64,000 nucleotides of DNA from the NCBI RefSeq assembly GCF_009914755.1, contig NC_060940.1. One strand, written 5' to 3'. The notes beneath the pieces were generated by a model. It ran no database searches and had not been told where the DNA came from. It was given only the letters and a program-made list of their open reading frames with translations. The translations under genes were made by a program, and so were the position numbers. Position 1 is the stretch's first letter. The number at the start of each line of letters is the position of its first letter. This document shows, piece after piece, positions 45,201 through 64,000 of this stretch. This DNA comes from the human T2T-CHM13v2.0 reference genome, Homo sapiens.

Positions 45201-45314
45201 TGAAAGAGTCTTTTTTTTATTTTTATTTTTGGTAGAGACAGGGTCTCTGGCAGCCATCAGATGATAATTTTCACAACTTGCCCATGAGCCTGAGTTCCTT
45301 TATCTCATATTGTG

Positions 45315-45693
<379 letters not shown>

Positions 45694-45970
45694 TGAAGCT
45701 TAATACTTAGAATGGATCAGACCCTATTGTTCAAAACATAAAATCCCACAAAAATGCAGGCAGGAACAACATCCCCATAAAGATACTGGAGGCTAAATCA
45801 GAGGAAATGGGCCCAAAAAGGTGGAGGGACTGAGTGGGCAGGAGAGGGTGGCTTCTGGACTCACTCAGAGAGGGCGGTCTCACACACTCTGAGCCCCTTT
45901 CTGTTTGTAGCTGTCAAGATAAGCAGAGGCAATTCTCATTGCTTGCCAGAGAAGAAATGCCTCTCTGAAG

Positions 45971-46870
45971 CAGGGTTTCTCAACCTCAGCACTACTGATA
46001 TTTGGGGCCAGATAATTTGCTGTGGGAGCTGTTCTGTGTGTTGAAGGGTGTTCAGTGTAGCGGGTTGAATAGTTTTCTTCCAAAATTCATGCCCATCTGG
46101 TCTGATTTCAGCCCCACCCTGGGAATAGCTATGTGACCTTCAGCAAGTTGCTTAATTTCTTGGAACCTCAGCCTCCCTGTGAGTAAAACGGGGGTTAATG
46201 AAGGTACCTGAATTTCACAGAATCCTCAGGCTAATGAAATGAGATAATGCATAGACTGCTTAGCACAGTGTTGAGCATACAGCTAGCACTCAGTAAATAA
46301 TAACTGTGACTCTGGAATAAGGGTCTTAGCAGATGTAATTAGCTAAGGATCTCAAGATGAAAGAATTCTGGGTTTAGGGTTGGCTGTAAATCTAATGATG
46401 TACAATTATTATTTGTCAATTAAAGAAAAATAAATCTTACGACTGGTGTCCTTATAAGAAGAGGAGGGGACACACAAAGCCACAGGGAAGAAGTCCATGC
46501 AAAGATGGAGGCAGAGATTGGAGTGATGTAGCTACAATCTAAGGAATGACAAGATTGCCAGGAGCCACCAGAAGCTGGGAAGAGGCAAGAAAAGATTCCT
46601 CCTAGAGCCTTCAGAGGGAGAGTGGCTGTGCAGACACCTTGCCTCCAGACTTCTGGCCTCCGGAACTGTGAGATGATACATTTCTGTTGTTCTTATGGTA
46701 ATTTGTTACAGCAACCCTAGTAAACTAATACCCACAGCATCTCTGGCTCCACCCACGAAATGCCAATCTCACCCCCTCAGTTAGGACAAACAAAAATGCC
46801 TCAGACATTGCCAAATGTCGCCTGGGGAGAGGGGGCCAAATCTTTCTTGCCAACTCGCTGAGAACCCCTG
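45971..46870 (-). mobile_element. MER20 split by an MLT1C LTR
   Basis: TIRs cagggtttctca / tgagaacccctg. MER20 resumes after ~46733. Confidence 0.85.
46056..46732 (+). mobile_element. MLT1C-like LTR containing a MIR-derived block and a tiny L1 3' insertion
   Basis: tgtagcgggttgaatag...aaactaatac, with gcagatgtaattagctaaggatctcaagatga. Confidence 0.85.
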
Positions 46871-46884
46871 CTCTAACAGAGCGG

Positions 46885-47130
46885 ATTTGTGGAAAAGACA
46901 GAGCAATGTGGGATAAGCCTGGATTTGAATTTCGGCCCCACCCCGAATGGCTACGTGACCTTGGACAAGTTGCTTAACTTCTCTGAACCTCAGTCTGTGT
47001 ATGAGTAAAACGAGGCTAATGCAGGTACCTGTATCTCGCAGAATCATTATGCTGATGAAATGAGATAATGTGCAGAAGGTGCTTAGCACACAGCTAGCAC
47101 TCGAGAAATATAGTACCTGAAACAATACTT
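46885..47130 (+). mobile_element. MIR
   Basis: gtgaccttggacaagttgcttaacttctctgaacctcag core. Confidence 0.8.
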
Positions 47131-47794
47131 GTTATAAGTGTTTTTTATTAAGCAATAATAATATTACCTAATTGGTAATAAATATATTAAGAAATAACAA
47201 TGACAATTAAATTATCATTATTGTCATTTAAAGCCTGCAAGCTGACTCAGTTTCTCAGGTAGTAATCTACTATAGACTGCTGCCAAACTGGGGCAGTGGC
47301 TCCTCTCAGAGGAGGAGGTGCTGGGGTGCCCATCTTGGTGTCATACTTTCCAAACTGCTGCCTCTTCTTACTTTATCCCATTTGATGGTATATTAGCCTG
47401 ATGATATCCTTGTAACATGCATAGGGTAAACGCTTAAAATGTCATCCCCACTTTACAGAGGTGGACACTAAGGCACAAAAACATTAAGTTATTACCAAAG
47501 TAATTACCAGTAGCCAAGCCAGGGCTGGAACCCTGGGCCGTTTAAACACGATCTGCTCCTGACTCCCCTACCTCCAAGGCATCCCCTTTCCCACTTCTTT
47601 GAGACACCTGTTACTACCCACCTCCCCTTACAAAGCCTGGCTCCAAGAAAAGAAGCAGATACCCTACAGCTTAGAGTGACTTTATATTCAATAGTCATCT
47701 TTTCGAGGGATATTTGCACAGTGAACCTCTGTCTAGTGGGCAGACAGGTAGTTTTTGGAGCTGACGTGAAATCCTCAGGTAGGTGGAGTCCAGG

Positions 47795-48333
47795 TGTATT
47801 TATTAGTCGGGGTCCTGTAGGAAACAGAACCCTACTCCGTTCAGCTGAAGAGACCTTACTGATGGGACTGTTTACATTCACATGGGACTGTGAATAAGGG
47901 AACCTGCGAAGATGGTTGTGGCACCCAGGGACCAGCAGCATTCCAGGTAATTCTAGGTGAGACGGGGAAGGGGAGGGATGATAAAAGCAGAGTCGAGCAG
48001 GGCTGGCATTGTGCGTGAGGGTCAGCCAGACACGAGGTATGATCAAGGAGAGGCTGTGCGCCGCCAAAACTGGGGTGGGAAAGAGGAGAAGAAATACACA
48101 GGGCGCTCTCCCTTCCCGCCCTCCTGTCTCCTTGGATGCCTCTTATTGGCTGAAACCAACCCGAAGTCAGCCGCAAAGGAGCCTGGGAAATGGAGTCCAC
48201 AGGAACCAGCCTCCCAGGGCTTAGGGCAGGGAGGGACAGGATTATGGGGAAGGGGGTTGAGGGAGGGAGCATCACTAGCACACGGATGGGTGGGGTGGTG
48301 ATTTGAAGGGGTAAAGGGAAAATCAGCAGCACA
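47795..48333. mobile_element. Ancient LTR-like element
   Basis: TG...CA-bounded and similar in style to 37242-37733. Family not identified. Confidence 0.4.
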
Positions 48334-48489
48334 GGCGAAGTGCTGATGTGGTGATAACCATATTTGTATGAACTCTTCTGCTAGGAACAGAACGCCTGGA
48401 AACATACTGACTTTGTATTCTTGGTGCTTGCTTTAAAAATCAAACAACTTTGCTTGCTAAGTTGCCAGGACCGAGAAGGGGGCAGAAAG

Positions 48490-49790
<1,301 letters not shown>

Positions 49791-49809
49791 AGACAGCATG
49801 TTTATTTGT

Positions 49810-54870
<5,061 letters not shown>

Positions 54871-55260
54871 CCTCCTCACTTCTGAAGACGAGCAGGATCA
54901 AGGAAAGACACTACAAAGGAAAATATCAAGAGAAGGCAGTACAAAGGAAAATGTACTAAGCTTCTTACATTTTAGAGATGCACATTTGCATAGTCAGGCC
55001 TTTAATCTAGGAAAATAATAACCCAGAGCTTGCTCCATGCCTGGTACCTGGTTAAATGTAATCTCAATGAACTCTTCCAACACCTTAGTGGGAATGGCTT
55101 TGGATGGATAGGAGAAGGACTGGGATGGAAAGGAATGAGTAATGATTAAAGGTACAAGCTTTCGGCTCTAGCTCTGCATGTCACCTGCTGTTTGACTGAG
55201 TAATTCACATCGCCTCTCTGGCTTTCACTTCCTCACCTATACAAATGAGGTGAGTAATAG

Positions 55261-55779
55261 TGTAACTGGCCAAGTCCAGCTGCTCACCGCTTGGAGGCCA
55301 AAAACACAAGAAGCAAGTTGTGGTGAAAGGAAAGCAACTTTATTCAAATGCTAGCAGTTGGGGAATGGATAGGCCCATGCCTCTGAAAGACCATTCTAAC
55401 TTTTTGGGCTGAGTGAAGGGGTTTAAGAAGGAAAAAGGTGAGAGAAACGCGGGAGTGGTGCAGCAGGAGGTCTTGTTATCTTGAGTCATCGCCTGTCTGG
55501 AGGACCGGTTTGCATCATGCTGACTGCGGTAGTGGTGGGCTAACTGCTCCTAACTCCCCCTAATCAGAGGGTTCCACAGCTGGGTCTCTCTGCCTGGCTT
55601 GTTTCAAAATCGATCCCTGGAATTTCTAAGCAAGCACATAATTAGATAAGCGAGTACTGTTCATAGAAGTGGCTGGTGGGAAAAGGCAAAACAAAAAGTT
55701 TCAAAGTATGTTTCAAGGCTGGAAGCAAGAAGGGAAAAATGTTTTAAAACGCAGTTTGAGGCTGGGATACTTGGTTACA
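55261..55779 (-). mobile_element. Intact ERV1-class solo LTR (MER66-like) inserted into a MIR
   Basis: Terminal inverted TGTAAC...GTTACA, 4-bp TSD atag, minus-strand AATAAA (tttatt ~55339). Confidence 0.8.
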
Positions 55780-56679
55780 ATAGTACTTATTTTACAGGGT
55801 TAGGGGACAAAGCACTCGAATGTTTGCTGTTATTACTATTATTTTTTTGTTTGCCAATATTTGAAATATCCCTCTTCCTTACTAACTCAATTCTTCCTTA
55901 ACATCGATTAAAGCGATATATGTTGCTCAGCTGTGACAGACTCTACTGATTGAGGATTGAGCCAGGGTCTGTTTATTTCCTTTTTCAGATCCACGTCTCT
56001 GGAGCTATCCCTGGGATATGGAGGTTTTCAGGATTAATAACTGGATGAGATACCAGCTCAGATCAGCCTCAGTCTCCTTTTCCCATCTTGCTTTTCTCCC
56101 CTCCTCTTCTCCACTCTGTTGCCTCTGGATTTTCCAGGGTAGAGCCCGAGAGCACAAGGGGAGACGTTAAGAGGCAGAGGAGGTCTCACATGACAGCAGT
56201 GATTTCGGACTTATGCTCTTGTGACCAGCTTGTGCCCCAAAGCTTCTCACTCCCAAGGCCTACTGTGGGTTCCCTAATGATTCTCCCACTGATGAATCCC
56301 ACTGATTCCCTGATCCCACAGTGTTTTTTCTTAAGATTCCTCTTGATCTTCTGCATTTTATGATATGCCTCCAGCCTCTTTCTGTGGAGACATCTGACTT
56401 GTGAAAATCCTTTATCTTGCCCCATCTTGGTGTCAGAGCAGTCTGCTCCCTGGGAGCCCTTGCCCCTGCCTCCCACTTAGATGTACATATCCCTCCAGCC
56501 TCTACTTTTAACTTCTTGGGGCATGAGGCAGATGTCAGCCCCTTGCCCCCAAACTCCAGAGCCTCAATAAGCTCATCTGGTGACAGTCTGGAGACCCCTC
56601 ATTTGGTATGTGAAACCCCTCCTGTAGTAACCCCTCCTATGCCTTTCCTTACAGAGAAAGTCCACAGTACTAGGACAGC

Positions 56680-57270
56680 TGTCGCCAAAGGAATTGTCAC
56701 TTCTCAATGGTGTACCAAGAGCAGGGCAGTGGGAGGTTCTACCTACGGTGTAGGAAATAATTTAGAATTGCAAAGTCCATAAAGACCTTTAAAACAATAA
56801 TAAAATCAACCAAAAGTTGGTCTTTTAAAAATTGTTACTGGGTGCTGGCAATTCTAAACAATGACAGCAACAAAATTCTCCTGCCCCTAAAAATCATGTG
56901 TGGGTCTAAGTCCTAAATAACTGCTACAGTTAATGTTGAGCTTTTATGATACACATTTTGGCTTCAAATTGGCATATTTCGATTCAGAGAACTCCTTGCT
57001 ATACAATCATCCCCTGAAACTCACAGACTCAGTTACACTCATTTATTTTGTGAATAAGTTTCTATAGGTTTGGAAAAGTTTGGGCTTGTTTTGGGTAAAG
57101 TTCTCATCTCCAGCTCCTGTGGTATAATATATTCTTGCATTTGAACAATGGTTCAAAATAAGTGATGATAGTGCAGTGATTGCAAAGACAAAGAAATGGA
57201 ACTTGAGTTACTTCAGTTTTGTTATTCCGTGTGACTTTTTTGGAATTTTAATTTGTGTTTAAAAGCTAAG
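56680..57270. mobile_element. Probable ancient DNA-transposon relic (hAT-Tip100-like), resuming ~58750-58865
   Basis: AT-rich transposon-like sequence. Family recall uncertain. Confidence 0.3.
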
Positions 57271-57275
57271 GCAGT

Positions 57276-57561
57276 GGCCGGGCGCGGTGGCTCACACCTG
57301 CAATCCTAGCAGTTTGGTAGGCCAAGGCAGGCAGATCACGAGGTCAGGAGTTCGAGATCAGCCTGATCAACATGGTGAAACCCCGTCTCTACTAAAAATA
57401 CAAAAATTAGCTGGGTGTGGTGGCATGTGCCTGTAATCTCAGCTACTCAGGAGGCTGAGGCAGGAGAATCGCTTGAACCAGGGAGGCAGAGGTTGCAGTG
57501 AGCCTAGATGGCACCATTATATTCCAGCCTGGGCAACAGAGTGAGACTCCATCTCACAAAA

Positions 57562-57592
<31 letters not shown>

Positions 57593-57608
57593 ATAGATAA
57601 ATAAAAAA
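57276..57608 (+). mobile_element. AluS with (AAAT)n tail
   Basis: TSD taaggcagtg. Confidence 0.95.
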
Positions 57609-57619
57609 TTAAGGCAGTG

Positions 57620-58745
<1,126 letters not shown>

Positions 58746-59116
58746 ACATGTAAAGCAGCTTGACCAGCAAGGTGATCCAAACAATATTTTTGTTTGGCAA
58801 ATGCAAACTTTAGTTCATACATGTAATATGTTACCAAATTAGAATAATATCTTTAAGATTGAAATTTATTCTTTGTGTTGGTTTGAGTCCTCCAAACCAA
58901 GATAAAATTAGACATGAAGAGATCTCTTTCTTGGGGAAATCGTCTGTGATGGACAAAGGAGAGGAAGCTGGAGTAGACAAGGACAGCCTCCCACTGTGAG
59001 GACATCTGGGAGAGGACGGAGTGAGGGCCAGGGAGCAGGCATCCCAGATCAAAGCACGGCGCTAACAAAGTTCCAGCCAGCCTGATCGGGAGTCTTTGAG
59101 TCCATGATGCCAATTA

Positions 59117-59490
59117 GGCCAGGTACAGTGGCTAATGCCTGTGATCCCAACACTTTGAGAGGCTAAGGCAGGAGGAGCGCTGAAGGGTAGAGTTCCAGAC
59201 TAACATGGGCAACATAGCGAGACCCCCATTTCTACAGAAAAACAAAAAACAAAAAACAAAACAAAACAAAAAACAGAGAGAGAAAGAAAAAAAAAAATTA
59301 GCCAGGCATGGTGGCATGCATCTGTAGTCCCAGCAACTCTGGAAGGTGAGGTAGGAAGATTGATTGAGCCCAGGAATTCAAGGCTGCATTGATCTATGAT
59401 CGTGCCACTGCACCACACTCCAGCCTGGGCAGCAGAGTGTGATCCTGTCTCAAAAAAGTAAAAATAAACTCTCCCTTCCAAAAAAAAAAA
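59117..59490 (+). mobile_element. AluJ with expanded A-rich linker
   Basis: Diverged dimer. Confidence 0.9.
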
Positions 59491-60704
59491 GAACAAAGTT
59501 TCCAATTAGATGTGTCCCCTGGGGCCATTTCTCTCTCCACACAAAATAGATGACCAGCCACACCACCACTCACAACTCTGCCAGTTGGGAAGCTTTCCCT
59601 CTCTACTGTCTTTCACTACCTTTCGTGAAGTGGTTGTAATGCAGCCACTGTCCATTTTTGGCTTCCAAGCCAGCCCATCTGTAAACTGAGCTCAAGCCTT
59701 TGCCTTCTCTTCCAGGTGGTCATGAACTCCCCAAGCCCCTGCAAATATAGTGATAAATTTGAGCTGGGGGAGGGATCCTGGTGCAAATGTGGTGGGTGCC
59801 ATGTTGGTCTGGGCTACCTGCTCATGCAGCTTACTCATGCTTTCTGGTCCTGCTGGAGCCCAATGCTGGATTAACCATTTCCATTTGTAATGGACTGAGG
59901 CTGGGCCTGTCCTACTTAATAACTCAGCTGGTAGAGGGCAGGACTGGATGCATGGTCACTTGGTACCCCATATATCCAGCGTTCTGTCTCTACCAGGGTA
60001 TAGTAACAGGCCAGGAGTTATTTCTCAAAAGACACGTAATTCTCTGCTGTGGATTGTATGGTCTTGTTTCAGAATCCTGGGTCCTTTATTGTGATTCTCC
60101 TGCTGGGTCTTGCTTTAAGATTCCTGCTGCATCTTTTTTCACCACTGACACCCCCAATGCCATAGAGTCTGTTGTATCACACAGCCCAGTTGGCAGGGCT
60201 GTTTGCATCATAGCCTCGAATTGCTACAGAGCCCATTCTTGCTCTGGGTTCACTTGGAGCTGGCATCTATTTATGTCACCTGGGGATAGCATCCATTTGT
60301 GTCACCTTGTATATGGACATATTAAGTATTGCTAAATGTGGTCTGCATTGTCCCTAGAACCTAAAGAGGCCTACCACCAGAGAGAAGGTGGTAGGGCTCC
60401 AGCTCTCTGCTGTCATCTCCAGTGATTCTATTCTGGCCCCAACCTTGTGCACCCTGAGCAGCAAAACAAAAACCCTCCCTCAGATCCAGGGAGTGCCTGT
60501 CAATGCTAATGCATGCCCCTTGCAGGGGAAGGGGGCTGACCCGCTCCCCAAGCACTTCATCACAGCTTGCTTTCTAAGCACATCCAGAGTTCACCCTCCC
60601 TAGGAGAAGTCTCCCCGTCCTGCCCTCTGTCCTCTTTCATCCCCATGGGGAGCAGAGAGAGAGCTCCTGTGTTGCCTCCCTGATCCTTACCATGTCCCAC
60701 ATCA

Positions 60705-60900
60705 GCGTAGAAGTTAACAGCATGGACTTTGGGTTCCACCGGAGCTTGATTCCATTCTTGAGTGGAATGGAACCTAAGCTACTCCATTCCTTGGTTTTCT
60801 GATCTGTAAGATGACGGCAATAATACCAATTGTACCAGATTGTTTTGAGGATTTAAGGAGATGACTACGATGCACAGTGTGACGCATGATGTTGCTGTCA
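60705..60900 (+). mobile_element. MIR fragment
   Basis: gttaacagcatggactttgg...tctgtaagatg...ttgttttgaggatttaagga. Confidence 0.55.
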
Positions 60901-61389
60901 TCACCCCAGGTTCCAGCGGCTTGTTTAGAGGCTGTTTCACTCATTTAATTGGAAGCTCCTTGAAGATCAGAATGTTCTTTTCCAGACATTCCCCCTAGGA
61001 TACTAAGGACACAGTAGATATTCAGTAACTATTTAGGGATGTCTCTTGAATGTATACCCATTTTTATCAGCCACGTTTTTTTCCTTCCAGAAATGCAGGA
61101 TGTTAATATCTGAGAGGAGCTGCTGTTAGCATGTAGGAAGCACCAGGTGGTGAACAGAGCAGGGGCCTCCCAGTGGGACAGGGGAAGAAGGACACTATGA
61201 TAAATCGTGTTAATTTTCTAGGCCCCAGTTTCCTTATTGGGAGAATGGAGAGATTGATAGATACCATTACAAGGTTGTGGCGAAGGTTTTCATAAACTAT
61301 GCTTAACACGCTGCCAAGGACACAGTAAGGGCTGAGAAACAGCAGCTGCTATTATTACTATCAATTTAAGAGTTATTGTTAAAGAAGTG

Positions 61390-61790
61390 AAACTGAACGC
61401 GCTTAGGTGTGCGCTCAAAGCCAGCAACCTGGCTGGGTCCGCACGGAGACAGGCGGGGCAGCGCGGGGAGGGGCCACCGGAAGCCCCACCCCTTTCCTCG
61501 CGTCCGGTCGCCCGGGCAACGCGCCACCGCGTCGCAGCCGGAGTGACGCGTGGCCGCCGGCACCCGGAGCTCCTGGGCACACGGCATTGGCAGGGGCCGC
61601 TTCGGCAGAGTGATGACTGATGATGAGTCCGAGAGCGTCCTCTCCGACTCCCATGAAGGGTCGGAGCTGGAGCTGCCTGTTATCCAGCTGTGCGGGCTGG
61701 TGGAGGAGCTCAGGTACCGCCGCCCGCGCCTGGGGGCCGCCCCTCTTCCTCCTAGGCCCTCCTCTCCGGGCGGCCTCGGACTTGGGGACC
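61390..61790 (+). promoter_or_regulatory. CCDC113: CCDC113 CpG-island promoter with RFX X-box (61507-61520), CRE half-site TGACG (61544-61548) and KLF/SP CACCC box (~61484-61491)
   Basis: CpG-rich block around the ATG. Motifs read directly from the sequence. Confidence 0.85.
61613..61713 (+). CDS. CCDC113: CCDC113 (CFAP263) coding exon 1 (MTDDESESVLSDSHEGSELELPVIQLCGLVEEL-S)
   Basis: Translation matches the CCDC113 N-terminus as I recall it. Lies in a CpG island. The 101-nt exon ends CAG|GTACC. Confidence 0.93.
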
Positions 61791-62080
61791 AGCATGGAGA
61801 AGATCCAAGCCCTCACTGAGCACTGGGGAGACTTTTCCTCTTTACTCCTTACTCCACCACCACTGAGCCAACAAGCTGTTGGTGGAGCTAGAACGGGGTG
61901 GTAGGGCGAGGGGATGGGGCCGGTGGTGAGAAGCCCAGAGGGTAATTGGGGAAGTGAGGGTTTCAGCCGGAGGAGTCTCTCTCATGCCAGACGGTGTGCT
62001 TAGCCGATCCACAATTCTACAGCAGCAATTTGGACCAGGTGACTTCTAAGCCCTTTTCTGATGCTAAGATTCTATGATAA

Positions 62081-62382
<302 letters not shown>

Positions 62383-62977
62383 CTATGATAAAACTAACAC
62401 GGCAGCAGAATAGAAAGCAAGCTATTGAGATGGTTTTAGTATGAGGCAATGTGTGCCTGAACCTGGATATAAGCATGGAGATGGACAGTAAAGAATGGCC
62501 CGATAGTCTGCGTTTATTTTGTTTTATTTTATTTTGCAGTCTGCTTTATATATTCTACTATAGCAAGTAAATTGGATATAAAGATTCCATGATGTAGTTA
62601 AGATTAGTTGTACAACTTACTGGTCTTGCACAGAATATCCTAGCTCTAGCAGCTGAATAGATGTTACTTCTATACATCTACAAATACTTTAGGTCAGAAC
62701 TGAGGTATTATTACTAACAGCTCTCATTTTTGAGTGTTTCTATGTACCATGCATTTACATATATGATCTTATATGATGACACTGCAACCCTAGGAAGTGG
62801 GTAAGGAAACAAAGATACAGAGGTGAAGTCACTTCCCTAAGTTCACACAGTCAGTGGTAGTGCTGGGATTCAAACTCAGGTGTGACTCCACAGATTACAT
62901 ACACCTGGAGCATGCTCTATGCTGAAAAAGCAAGCTACTTTGATAGATTGTGTTTTCCATTCAGCTTTTTCCACTAG

Positions 62978-63286
<309 letters not shown>

Positions 63287-63320
63287 CCCACTAGTCTTAA
63301 AATTCAGCCAAACAGGAATT

Positions 63321-63366
63321 ATTAAAAGTAATAGCAAAAACTGCAATTACTTTTGTACCAACCTAA
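63321..63366. mobile_element. Half MADE1 (one Hsmar1 TIR) in CCDC113 intron 1
   Basis: AAAAGTAATAGCAAAAACTGCAATTACTTTTGTACCAACCTAA followed by TA. Confidence 0.85.
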
Positions 63367-63680
63367 TAGATTAATAACACACGAAAACATCAAAGTTGTT
63401 CTCTCTCTCATATACATATACATACATATGTGTGTGTAACACACACACACATACACACGTATGAGAAGTTAAGAAGTTAAAAAGGTTATAACCTTGGCAT
63501 ATACAGGATAAACTAGGTATGTTATCTCTTCCTCTGTTCAAAGTTTTCCAGAGTTTATGATAAACTTCTGGTTGATACTTTTCATCTATTGGGTACTGAA
63601 AATAAAAGAACTGAAAAACATAAACCAAAGGAAACATCTGAAGATTGTGGGTGTGTTTAACTTCAAGAATATAGTAATTC

Positions 63681-63952
63681 AGGTTGGGCACAGTGGCTAT
63701 TATTGCCTATAATCTCAGCACTTTGGGAAACCAAGGTGGGAGGATCACTTTAGGCCAGGAGTTCATGGCCAGCCTTGACAACATAGCAAGATACCACCTC
63801 TACAAAAAAAATTATAAATTAGCCAGGCATGGCATTGTGCACCTGCAGTCCTAGCTACTTGGGAGGCTGAGGCAGGAGGATTGCTTGATCCCAGGAGTTC
63901 CAGGTTACAGTGAGTGCAACAGAGTAAGACCCTGTCTCTTAAACAAATAAAA
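63681..63952 (+). mobile_element. AluJ in CCDC113 intron 1
   Basis: Diverged dimer with a right-arm deletion. Confidence 0.9.
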
Positions 63953-64000
63953 TATATATATGTATATATATAATATATAGTAATTCAGAAATAATCTCCC

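Noticed and set aside
47504-48405. Cluster of 114-187 aa ORFs on both strands
   Set aside because: They overlap an LTR-like relic and I recognise no protein similarity.
59781-60335. 184-aa ORF upstream of CCDC113
   Set aside because: GTG start, no recognisable domain or splice structure. Possibly an old retroelement relic that I cannot assign.

Overview
Primate genomic DNA, very likely human 16q21, lying between two divergently oriented genes. On the minus strand are the CpG-island promoter and coding exons 1-2 of CSNK2A2 (casein kinase 2 alpha'; exon 1 CDS 9259-9362, exon 2 8359-8470; exon 3 is not seen and presumably lies left of the window). On the plus strand are the CpG-island promoter and coding exon 1 of CCDC113/CFAP263 (CDS 61613-61713; exon 2 is not seen). 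The roughly 52 kb between them is almost all interspersed repeats: more than 35 Alus, old L1M/HAL1, L2/MIR, MaLR/ERV1 LTRs, MER1/MER5/MER20 and MADE1 DNA transposons, a 7SL retropseudogene and a FAM monomer. Nearly all ORFs in the supplied track are Alu, low-complexity or GC-rich artefacts. I see no convincing new multi-gene system. The best leads are: (1) an in-frame CUG in strong Kozak context in the CSNK2A2 5' leader that could add a 49-aa Arg-rich, acid-free targeting-like N-terminus; (2) a 27-bp inverted templated insertion inside an Alu, copied from about 1.9 kb away with microhomology at both ends; (3) an anachronistic MIR copy inside a younger MLT1C LTR; (4) an RFX X-box at the CCDC113 promoter; (5) MADE1/SETMAR-type TIRs near both promoters. 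Gene and repeat family names come from my recall of the sequences, not from a database search. Repeat boundaries are approximate unless TSDs are quoted.
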